Origin: Klebsormidium nitens
Lineage: Eukaryota; Plantae; Klebsormidiophyceae
Assembly: GCA_000708835.1 (NCBI GenBank)
Contig: DF237166.1
Location: 1-64,000 of the forward strand
DNA length: 64,000 bases
Direction: 5' to 3'
Shown here one piece after another: positions 22,989 through 34,162 of the stretch; position 1 is the stretch's first letter; each line of letters begins with the position of its first letter. Below the pieces are notes generated by a model. The model had not been told where the DNA came from and ran no database searches. It saw only the letters and a program-made list of their open reading frames with translations. The translations under genes and the position numbers were made by a program.

Positions 22989-25900
22989 CTAATCGTCGAT
23001 CTCAATGATTTTCACAACGCTTGAGTCACCTAGCTTTTGGCAGACAACTATCCGGTCATGGATGTGAACCAGCCCCGCTTTGCGGGCGTAGTCGATCGCC
23101 ACCTTGAGGATCGACTCGTTGCTATTTGAGTTCCCGTCAGCCTGCACAATCAATCCGCAATATCTGTGACGCTGGTAATCTAAAGATTAGGGGTCCAGTC
23201 TCAAGCTCTGAGCTTACTTTTCCTAAAGCTTACTACTCCTGATGTTACGACAACCTTATTCATCTGGACCTGCGGAGCGAAAACGTACAGGTTCCCCATT
23301 TCATGCAGCCCTTAGGCCGGCAGTGTGAGTTCATAATAAACCAGAAAAAAACATACCGGGGGACGCTCCTACAACTAGAGAAGGTAGGAAATTCTCACCG
23401 GGTGCCGCGGGTCTGCAAGCATGGGGAATAGCCCACGCATGATGAGGCACTGCCTCGCCTGCGCAACGAGGATCATTGCTGGCGTCAGCATGATGTTAGA
23501 AGCCCGATATTTCCGGAGTCTTGGCTACCCTTCTGGGCGACACTGTGATTGAGCACCAGGCGGTTCTCGTCACCTCAACAACGGTCCAACGATGGAGGTT
23601 GTGAGCTTCCGCTCAAGTCGGACTGGACTTGCAAAGCAGGACGGCATGAGCATCTTTCTATGGCAAGAGAGATTGGGAGGGAGGCGTTAAAGCCCGGTAC
23701 CCAAGACCTGACATCCAAAGCCCGAGCCGGAAAGTTAATGAAAGCGTCCAGATATAGCACAGTCCAGATACGCTACCCTGGAAGGCGCCGGTTAAGGTCC
23801 ATCTGAGGAGAATGGCGGACGGACAAGGAAGCTTCTCATGATAGGGCGAGCCTCTTTGAAGGGAAAGCCTGAAAGGGGAGAAGCTTTGCGGCCCGCGAAT
23901 GTGGGCGCTTTGAATGAAACTGTAACGCCAAAAGCCCCATCTGTTTGGAAGAATGTTGGGGAATTTAAACACTCCTATGGCCCTACGAGCCAAAACCAGG
24001 AGGTGACACCTGGAAAGGCGCCAGTGAACGTCAAACCGAGTTCGTTGGTCAGCTTGGAGATGGCCACAAATCTAAAGGTTCCAAATCTCGGTAAAACCCT
24101 AGAAGAGTCGATACCTGGAAGGCGCCAGTGGACGTCCACTTGAGCGGGTTGGTGGTGAGTTTGGGGATAACCACGTTTGGAAAACCTGAAGGTTCCAGAT
24201 CTTGGCAGCCTGGAAACCCAAAACTCTCAAGTTAACAAAATGCTAGAAGACTCAATACCTGGAAGGCGCCAGTGAACGTCCACTTAAGCTGGTTGGTCGT
24301 GAGCTTGGGAATAACGACGGTGAGAACCGGCATGTCGGGGCGGTACTTGGCGATCAACCGGGCGGCACGCCCCGAGGAAGAGAAGACAATGATGACGGAC
24401 GCCTTGATTTTGGCGGCCGCGCGCACCTGCGGGGGGGGACACGTGGCAGCGTGTGAGGCGTGGACGGGGTCAGAGAAGATGCGTGTAGCGCATGAGCGTT
24501 CCGGTCTGAGAACTCGTGTCGCAGTAGAAACGGGCCTGTTCAAGATCCTGCTGGAGACAAAGAAAAACCTGGTTCCTGTCCGACCGGGAATCAACTTGCG
24601 ATGTTTAGCGTTTTAGGGTTTTAGGGTTTTACTGGACAGAGAGCACAGGGCCGTGTCAGGTCGGAAAAATAGTGTAAAAGGCGAGAACAGGAAGATCAAG
24701 AACCCCCGAAGCAAAGGGACGGCGCGTGAGCCCCCGCCAGTTCAGAAAGCGCGCAAATAATGAATCTGCATGATCTTCAAGTGCTTGCCTTAATCCTGGC
24801 GACAAGTGAATTGTCAGACCCCTACATTCGACATTCCGTGGTCTGATGCTCGCTGAAAGTAGGTCCCTTTGAAGCGCAGCTTGGATAGGGGTGGAGGCCA
24901 TATTGAGCTATCCGCAGTTGCCGCTTCGCCTCTCTTCCCCGCACCAGACCTTCATCTTTCTTTCATTTTCCCGCGGCCAACTTCCGATACAGCGTGCCAA
25001 AACACCCTTGCGGAACGGCTCACAATGTGCTAGGGGAAGGGACACGTGTCAGCAAAGAAGCGAGCAGTGACTCACTGCGGAGGACGCGATGGACTCCATT
25101 TGGCTCATTGGCACGCCGACCTCCTTGACTATCCTCTTGAAGTACAAGTTGTGGTTGTACACGTTCTCAGCCTGCGGGAGAAATGCAAGTACGTCTCAAC
25201 CTAGTGAATACGACAAGCTCAGCAACCAAAAAGCTCGACCTAAGTAAGATCCTAGACAACAAGTTTACACCTCTGGAGTCCGCACCCGCACTCAGTCCCC
25301 TGACTAATACTACTCGTTCTCATTCTGCATGGAACTTATTGTTCGCTGCGTCGATTGGTAACGCAAGGCTTAGGGTCAACGCTGAAACAGAGGGTGCGGT
25401 TTTCATTTCAACTGTCCTATAGCAAGCGGCGGAGCGAAACTTCCGCCCTGTAAATCATTGATGAGTTAACAGAGCTGTGTCGTGCTGAACTCCGATGAAG
25501 ACTGTATTGCGACAAGACTCTGCTGGTGCAAAACCCGACACGCCACATCAAAAGAAGCTTCCGAAGGAGTGCCAAAGTCGAGTTCGAAAACTTGCATGAC
25601 TTGAACTTGCACCGTTCGAATTCAACAATTGGACGTCTCGTCTTTCAAAATCGATTCCTGAAGGCCGCAAATGTCTTCAAATGTCTCAAGCGCGAGCGCA
25701 CAGAGCGCCAACACGCCTCCAAAACTTACCTCTGCGCAGATCTTCCTGACTGTGATCACGGTTTCGACTGGGTACAGCCCCCGCAGAGTCTCGGCACCCA
25801 ACATGATTGCATCACAACCTGCAGAACCAGTCGTTGGGGTTAGTGGACTCGATTTTGGCTTATGGAGAACAGATCTTTGAGCCGTGATCACGCTTTCCAC

Positions 25901-28900
25901 TGGGTATAGCACCCGGAATTTCAGCACCCAACATGATTGCAACCCACTTTAAAGGAGTCAGGCACATAAACTCAAGTTAGACGGAAAAAAGCTGATGGCT
26001 GTAGACGTCATGACGGCCGCTCAAGTCACCAACTCTCTAGGGCCGAGAGTTGATTAGTGATCATGGTCAGTGGTTAGTTGGAATGGTGCCTCACTTGTTC
26101 AATCAGTTGCAAAGGGCAAAGCTTTTAAGTGTACTCGAAATGCAACCTAAACTAGACGGGAACTTTTGCAACTCAGCGGTCCGGATTTGATAACGGAACA
26201 CAAGCCCGTCCAGTCTGCTTACATCCTGGCAACGCAGGGCACCTCGCCAACCAACCGTGTCGTCACAATCGGAACCCGCTCAGAAGCTACACAGTTGGCA
26301 GAATAGCAGCATCCAGCACCGAAATGTGGGGCACTTTTGAGGGGTTCGAAAGAGCGATGTTTCTCCAACGCGCACTGACAAGAAAGAAAAAGCGAGAATG
26401 GAGTATTTGAAGCAGTCAGCTCTATCTAGTATCGGTATCAGCTGGGAACCGAGTATCTTGAAAGCAAGTTGAGGTTACCAATCAATTTGTTCCCAACACT
26501 ATAATGATCCAAGTTACCTTAGAAAGCGGCCATCCATGAGACCAGAAAACCAGGATAGGAAAACCCTTAACAGTACGAAAATTCGGTGCCACTCACCATC
26601 CAACACGGCGTTCGCGACGTCGGTCGCCTCTGCGCGCGTCGGCCGGGGCGTGTCTGTCATGGTGTCAACGACACGGGTGACGATGCACGGCTTGCCGGCC
26701 ATGTTGCACCGGTGGATGGCCAGCTTTTGAAACAGGAACACCTGGGCCAGGAATGAACTAGTATGAGCAGGCTGAGAGATTTGGGCTGGGCTGGAGCAGG
26801 GTGACAGGGTGGACGATTTGAGGTAGATTTTGGGCGGAAGTTCAAATTTGAGGTGGGGAAGTTCATCCTCCGTTTTGACGCTGCAACACAAGTGAGGTGG
26901 TGTAACCCATCTCAAAGCTCCGTAAAAAATTCTCAGATGGAAATCTTTCGGATGTAAAGCAGCGAGCCTTTTTGGGCTAAAGATCGGATAACCAGTGGTC
27001 GGTAACTCCAAACAACCGAAGCGGATCAAATAGGGCAGATGAGCACCTTCGAGGCTGGTGCGCACTTCTTCGAGATTACACCGTGACCAGCGTATGAACA
27101 GACGAGTCACAGCAAAGATAATCTGGGCGTCCTGAGGACGAGAGCTCTTGGATCAACAGCGTGCAGAGATTCTCAGTGATCAGGAATTGGTCTTCCACAG
27201 ACACAACCACGCAGACCCTGAAAAATCACAGCGTAAGGGGCACAGAGCGCAACCATAATCTGTTTCCATTGTTTGGCCCAAGTACGCCACAATCCACCGC
27301 ATTACGCACACACAAGAAGCAAAGTCTGTTTCAACGCCAAAGCAGACCCAAGACGTGAGTACAGTTTGCCCAGTCATCTGCAATGAAATTAGAAAGTCTG
27401 TTTCGAAGCGGATCTACGAGCACTCAAGAGTTCCGCCCAGCAACGCACCGTCTCGGGAGGGACATCGATGCCCAGGTTCCCGCGCCCGAGGATGATGCCG
27501 TCAGCCGCAGCCAGGATCTCGTCAAAGTTGCGCAGGCCCTAGGTTAAGCGAGGGTTTAACAGAGGGTTAAGCGAGGGAGAGAGGCGGAGGCTCAGGAAAG
27601 CGCGGCGCGCATACCTTTTCGGGGGGCAAATCGATTCCGAGATTGCCCCGCGACAGAATGATCCCGTCGGCCTCCGCGAGGATCTTGTCGAAGTTCGAGA
27701 GGCCCTGTCAAGCACGCGCATCGCGAAAAGAGAGGCGTGACTCCACGATGCAATGAGATGCAGGGCGGAGGTCTGAGCAAGACAAAGAAACAAACGGGGC
27801 GCGGGAAAAGGAGCCGGCGAAAAGGGATTGACTGCCTTTGGCTCGTAGACTGACGGCCAATCAGCAGTGAGGAACTGCAGATACCTTGACATCCACTAAC
27901 TTGACGACGTCTAACAAAGGCCTAGAGTCTAGAGTGATGCGGGGCTGAGCATTTTTTGTGGAGAGTTGAGAAAGGAAACCTTTCGAGTTCCCCAAACTCC
28001 GTTGCTAGCAGATTAGGTTGACCCGCCAGATCTACCGTGCTGCTGTGAGTATATTCTTTTGAACCCGTGCTATGGCCTCTTTGAGATGCAAAATGTGCGC
28101 AGTGATTGGAACGACCGTGGAGCAAACAGTTTCCTATGGCAGGACGCGCTGGAATAACTGCTCTCCGAGCATCCATTCAAGCAATTGGGAAAAGGCCAGC
28201 TAAGATGGAAAAGTCGAAAACTAGTACTACATCCTGAACCCCGACACGTTGAAACTAACCCCGTGCAAATCTGATGTGTGGCCGCCTCCTCGCTTGGCCA
28301 CCGCCAGATCTTACAGAAGCTCTCTCCTCACCTCGATGTTCTCAATCTTTGCGAGCACCTGAGTCTGTCTCAATTCTCCGCACTTCTCGAGGTGGTCACG
28401 GCACTGCAGGGGGTTCAGTCGGCCAATCTAGTTAGTCAGGGCTGTGCGAGGATCCTAGATTCTAAGTCCCTCACCTCCAGGGTCTCGATCTTTGCAAGCA
28501 CGTGGGTCTGGTACAGTTCCCCGCATTTGGAAAGGTGTTCCCGACACTGCACGTGCGCGCACGACGTCAGCAGGGCTGTCTGCCACCTTGGCACGTGCCT
28601 GCTGCGTCAGCGTGACTGTCACCAACATGGGCCTTGCCATTAACGATGAGTTAAGGCGGTGACCACATTCCGGTTTGCAAAGCCAACACCTCAAACGAGC
28701 TAGAAAGTAAACGAATCAGCCCCGGTTGCCAAAGGCCATGTTTGCACTGCGTCAGCATACACCAAACGTGCCGACGAGGCTTTCCGAAGTGCTTTATGGT
28801 ACCACAGCACTGGCGTGCGTCAAAAGCATCCTTCAAAAGCATTCTCTTTGGGAGTTGGACAAGATTTAGCTCAACGCAATTCGGGGACCGAGCAGTGAAA

Positions 28901-31900
28901 TACGATCGAAGACACCCCCAAAGCGACAGCAGACTTCTTACAAAGCTCGACCAAGTTGTTTGGAGTGCTACCAGTCCACACTGGACCAAGCTTCGATGTT
29001 CTCAACAGAAAGGTCGTTCAGCACGAAGTCTCGGCTTCTGAGGGCTGGCAAGTAGCAGAGCTGTTTGTTCTATCCGTCACCCCGAATTAGTGCATATAGC
29101 CCCTCGAAACAGGCTTAGAAAAGAAGCTGCACTCCTGGGATCACAAAGCCCACTCCACTCACGTTTTTGACGTCCTCCGCCGTGCGCGTGAACGACAACG
29201 ACACGAAGTCAATCTGGTTGGCCTGCCCCCACGTGGAGATGTTCTTCTTGTCCTCCTCGCTCAGCGTTGGAAGGTCCACGCGCACGCACGCCGTGTGCGC
29301 CGTCAGCAGCGCGCCCTGCAGCGTTGCGTCGTTCTTGCACACCCCGATGACGTCATCCCCGCGCACCTCCTCGACCTCGAGCCACACCGACGTCGTCTCG
29401 CTGCCGGTGAAGAGGTACTGCCCGACGAAGATCGTGTCGCCCTTCTTGACGGTCTGCAAAGGGAGGGGGCATCGTTTGAGAGACCATCGATTGCGTTCCT
29501 TCTCCCGCCGCTTCGTCCTTCTCCGCTTCTTTTAATACAGTGTGAATGTTAGCATACCTTCTTCTGCGAGATTCCTCTTTCTTTGCTTCCATCTGATTTG
29601 AAATCATCTCTCTTGCTCCACCCCACCGACTTTTCTCCAACCGCAGTGCGAATACGCCTCCCGCTTCCTTGCCCACAGCGATCGTGCAGGATTTCCTGAC
29701 GTTTCCTGTCACCTAACAAATTTTTCTGCACATGACATGGATGGATGCGCCACAGCAACGAGGAGTCTTTGGGGCAATGAGAGGCATGGTATGATGCTGA
29801 AATGTTTTGTAGAGAAGGATTAGAAGTGGTCCATGGTAAAACGTCTCACCTTGGCAAGGCCCGGGTAATTTGTTGGAAGGATGGCTGCTGATGCCGCCTT
29901 TGTTTTGTCAGGCGTGAGCATGATGGTCTGTCCCGACGTCACCTGAAGGGGGCCTTCGTTGCTGTTGTAAATCTGGAGCTCGGGGCCGACCGTGTCGAAC
30001 ATAACCTGCAGCAGTTCCAAATGGGGAATGAGAGAAGGATCAAACATAACCTTGCAGCAGTAAGGGTTGGGTTCATACACGGACCAAACATCAACACGCA
30101 GCAAATACATGTCAAGGTTAGATTACGAATCACAACGTGGACCTTGCGCCAGACGTTGGTTCGAGTAACCAAGCTCGGCGCTTCGATGTGGATTCCAGAA
30201 TGACCAAAGAGGATTACAGGATGATACTGGATCAATCTGCAAATGTTCGATTTGAGCGTGTGAACATACATTCCGAGCAATTCGGAGGGAGAGGTAGCCG
30301 ATGGGGTTGGACAAGCTTTCTTTGGAGGAAACGGATGTACCGAACAGCTGAAAAGGTACTGCATAACCAAGTTGCAACCTTGCACATTCGCCGACCTTTT
30401 TTTAAAAAGAAAGAAACGAGATTCTCCTTTGAATTGTGGTAAGGAAGTCGGAGACTGTGAATGTCATCGTCATTCATGGCAGAAGGAAGAGTTGCCTCAT
30501 CTTTGACCGCCACTCTTGCAAAAGCATTTAGATTCTCCTTTGGATATGGACAGGGCACTCACGGAGCAGAGGCGTTTAGTGGTTTTGACAGCGGCCTTGA
30601 GATTCTCCAAAGTCTCCTGGTGGTAGGCAGCATCGCCTGAGCTGAAGTCGAACCGAGCAACTGAGAGGACAGCACAACAACTCAGTGAGAACAGAGCGGA
30701 GCGAGCAGTCAAAACGCCGTACACAGAAGCGAGCCAGCCTAAAGGGCGGGGGTTTTGTCTTCATCCAAACGGGGGGGGTCATGTAGCTTTTATGAAGCAG
30801 TTACCACATGGCTGCATGCTTGCGGTGGTTCCTTGCTATTTTGACGCAAAGGTTCAACCTACATCAATCAAGCTGGCAGCAATCTTCAACCCGGTTGTTT
30901 GCATTAGAAAGGGCTCGGACAAGTGGTGGCCCCCAACCTATCCTTCTTAGTGCCAAGCATGGTTATCGCTGACCACCCTAAAAAAAGAAGCAGGAACAGA
31001 GACAATCTGTCTGCATGGTAGCTCTTCCTCGCTATCCGCCTGCCTTAAAAGGTGTTTGACGAAGCTTCTCAAGCGCTTGCATGGCCAGGAATCTTTACTT
31101 TGCCACTTGGATGATGGACACTCCATTTCAACAATCAAACGCTGTTTGTCAGAATGACAATCGCAGATGATTGCAAGGGCTACATTGGGTCTTACCTGAC
31201 ATGCCTGCATTTAACAGCTCCTCGATCTTCTCTACTGAACGTGACTCATTGCCAACAGTCGCGATGATTTTGGTCTGTGCCACGTAAGCGTGGGGCAGAT
31301 TCTGCACAAGACAGGAGCGATCGAAAGTCAGGGCTGACCTGGTGAGGGAGAGGGGAGACGCCCTGTGCTTGTCTGACTGGAAACAGAACAGTGGGAAAAC
31401 TGGGAGGGCAACCTTTTCCATTCAGGGAGGTGATGATCTAAAGTGGTGTACGCCGAAAGTTCGCTTGATGACATCAGGATTGAGAAGGTCAGTGCAGTAC
31501 TTCACTGCGCAAAGCAAGAGAGTTTCTTCGGCTGAAGTGCTAGCGGTAGGTTCAGATGCATGAGACAATAAAGCAATGGCGTTTGATTGATTGAAAATAG
31601 GGCCCGAACCTCAGAACGTGACATTTCGAGAACATCCAAAAGTCAACACACACCATGGTACTAAAAGAGATCTGAATGTTGCAGAACTTTTTCTCCTCTA
31701 GATTTTCTAAATGCCCCACGCATGGGATTTACCACTCTGAGGGTCCGAACATCTCATCAAAACGAGACCTGCCCATAAATATGTGGCACTGATGTACTTT
31801 CTCTCTCCTTTCCGACGATGTTTTCCAGAAGGCTTTGGGTACAGGTTACTGAAGCGAGTACCATCAACCAAGTCAGGATGAGATATCACGAAGAAGTTTC

Positions 31901-32497
31901 CTCCACAAGCAATGCTAAGGCAGAAAGGACGTACTTTACCGCAGCAAATAAGATTGTTCCTCGATGATAATGACAAACACGGATTTAGATCGAAAATGTG
32001 TCGAGAAGCTCTATGGTCTGACAGACAGACTGAGTGGATCAAGCACAGAGGAAACCTTCAATCTCTGGGAACAGCTGTTGACAGCTCTGGTGGTTTGATA
32101 GTCTAGATCTAACAACTGCAACAGCTTACACAATCTGTCAGAGAGCTTCCAGGAGAAAGCTGCAAAATGCTGAATATCAGAAGCACGTGAGAACAATAAC
32201 AAAATGCTGTGCACATAATTGCTTCTGCAGAAACCCGGGCACAGTTGAGCTGGCACCAATGCTGTGAAGAGCAGATCTGTTAACAATTGAGGGAAGCAAT
32301 CCAGTGCGCCTATCAATGAACGTCTCTGGAAAAGGGCACCAAGATCCCAGAAACCGCACAAGCTGAAGCGCATTACGTCATTTCAATGCTGCACACGGGC
32401 AAGACCAGAATAAGGAGGATCTCCTGACCTGGTGGCTCTCCTCCAAAATGGATGCCAGCCTCACCGGCTCCTGCATCTGTAAGTAGTCAGCACTCAT
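22989..32497 (-). CDS. PK: Cytosolic pyruvate kinase (plant clade of At3g52990/At2g36580), with two duplicated exon pairs
   Basis: Exons: 32497-32429 ([23 protein letters not shown]); 31301-31196 (TKIIATVG); 30660-30563 (VARFDFS); 30005-29850 (MFDTVGPE); 29453-29163; [28546-28475 or 28403-28332] (AKIET/AKIEN); [27704-27615 or 27538-27449] (RGNLG); ~26745-26598 ([16 protein letters not shown]); 25818-25730; ~25178-25074; ~24427-24259; 23458-23399; 23141-22989 (VVKIIEIDD*). Confidence 0.97.
23770..24275 (-). repeat. Degenerate tandem copies of a PK exon 3' end plus donor site
   Basis: GGCGCCTTCCAG|gt junction at 24259 (real), with copies at 24115, 24010 and 23778. The 24115 copy translates [21 protein letters not shown] versus the real [21 protein letters not shown]. 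Confidence 0.85.
27449..27538 (-). CDS. PK: PK alternative exon D ([30 protein letters not shown])
   Basis: 90 nt, phase 0/0, flanked by acctag| and |gtgcgt. 24/30 aa identical to exon C. Confidence 0.8.
27615..27704 (-). CDS. PK: PK alternative exon C ([30 protein letters not shown])
   Basis: 90 nt, phase 0/0, flanked by tgacag| and |gtatgc. Matches the plant consensus [13 protein letters not shown]. Confidence 0.9.
28332..28403 (-). CDS. PK: PK alternative exon B ([24 protein letters not shown])
   Basis: 72 nt, phase 0/0, flanked by ctgcag| and |gtgagg. Carries the canonical KIEN motif. Confidence 0.9.
28475..28546 (-). CDS. PK: PK alternative exon A ([24 protein letters not shown])
   Basis: 72 nt, phase 0/0, flanked by gtgcag| and |gtgagg. 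Paralog of exon B; 18/24 aa identical. Confidence 0.8.
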
Positions 32498-34162
32498 GAT
32501 TGCGACGATCTATTTGCAGAGAATCTGACTGGGTGCAGTCTGCGGAGGTGTACGAGCAGATTATACTCCCAAATATTGCTGCATTCGCAGAAGACGCCTT
32601 TTTCTTTGGGATCCCCAAGACTTGCTGCAGTTGGACGTAGGTACTACACGGAGGAAGGCAGCTGATCGGAGCGGATGCTGCTGCCACCGGCACTGGCAAG
32701 ATCGCAAGGTCCAGGAGTTTTGCAGGACGTGTGGTAGCCCGAACTCGGAGTCACAGCTTCCAGTGGAAGTTACAGCTTTTCGCAGATTGCGCATGGTACC
32801 GTGCTTTCCTTCTCGGCCTCTCGACGTTCTTTTCGCGTTACCGCGAAAACCGGCGGTCCACGAGTAGAAACGCTGGCGATATTTCTGCCCTACGGCATCG
32901 GGCCAAAGTCGCTGCCAATCTTGACACTACTTGTAGCTCGCCGTGACGCTGTTCTGACGGCTCTGCACATCTGACGGATTATCACCTTGCGAACTAGTAA
33001 TATTGTACGCGCGCATTTGCAAGAGAGGTTCAAGAGGCAGGAAGAAGCCTCCATGCAGGGGACATCCATGCGGACCATGGCTGCGGGCGAAGGGCGGTTA
33101 ACCCTCCTAGGATTAACTCCCCAAATATAAAGGGGACCTCCATGGCTGCGCATCGCAGCTGGACTCTTGCCAGCTCCAACCATGATTTTGTGTTCAACAT
33201 TGTCGTCTTCGGCATTATTGGCATCTTTGTTCGCCCGCTGCTTCGAATCATGATTTAAGGATATTCAAGCCGGGGTGTCGTCACAAATATGCAGGTATAA
33301 TATAACGGAAGATTGAAAGCACCTGAGACTTTGAGAAGTGCAGCTGACAACTGTTAACCGCGTTTCATGCCGGGCATTTACACAAATCTTTTATAAACCT
33401 TGGGTGGCGACGCATAGCACTACATTGGGAACAGCCTACAGCGTCTTGTCGAATGCACGCGATGTATTACTTAATCACAATTGTCGAAGTATTCGTTGTT
33501 GTGCATTAATTGTTGGGCATTACATGCATGTGCCACAATGCAACGGCAGCATTGATATGGGGGTCGGAACTTTGGCGGTAGTAAGGAGCGTTGAGGTTCG
33601 CGCGGTATGTTATGCGTACCGTTCTTTGGGGTCTTCCTCCAAAAGCAGGAGACGAGAAATGCACCCTATCATGAGCTAAGTCCGTACATCAACGGCCCGT
33701 TTGCAATCAGCTTTAAAGAAGCCTGGTCATGACACCCGTATCAAAGTAAGTATCAGTTCCAACGCGTGTAAAGGCGTCAACCACATGTGGCATTGTCAGA
33801 AGAAGATTGAGGTATCGGACTTCACATCTCAACATAGTGCAACCAAAGCTAACTTGTGTAAACTGGTTTTAAGTGGTGGACTTAAAAGGACCAGAACCCG
33901 GGCCCCGAACTCAACTTCACATAACATCAAACATGCACTAGCAAGGTATACCCGCCAATTCCGGCTTTCCGTCCTTGCATCCGTCGGATCGTAATGGTCG
34001 GACAGCTTACAAATAAAGCACTGATGATTCCTGATGAAGTTCGAGGTGTGACGGCTGCAAGAGATTGGGGTGGCTCACAACAGAACCAATGCCACTCTGG
34101 CGTTCCTTTTCCAGCTGGTCGACTGGCCGTCGTTATAGAGGTAGACGTTCGTTTCAACAGTG

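Noticed and set aside
24608-24630. TTTTAGGGTTTTAGGGTTTT, telomere-type repeat
   Set aside because: Only two units inside a PK intron; too short to call an interstitial telomere. At most a weak taxonomic hint.
24940-25040. Possible ancient copy of the PK exon ...[12 protein letters not shown] (reads [12 protein letters not shown])
   Set aside because: Similarity too weak and length does not match; may be chance.
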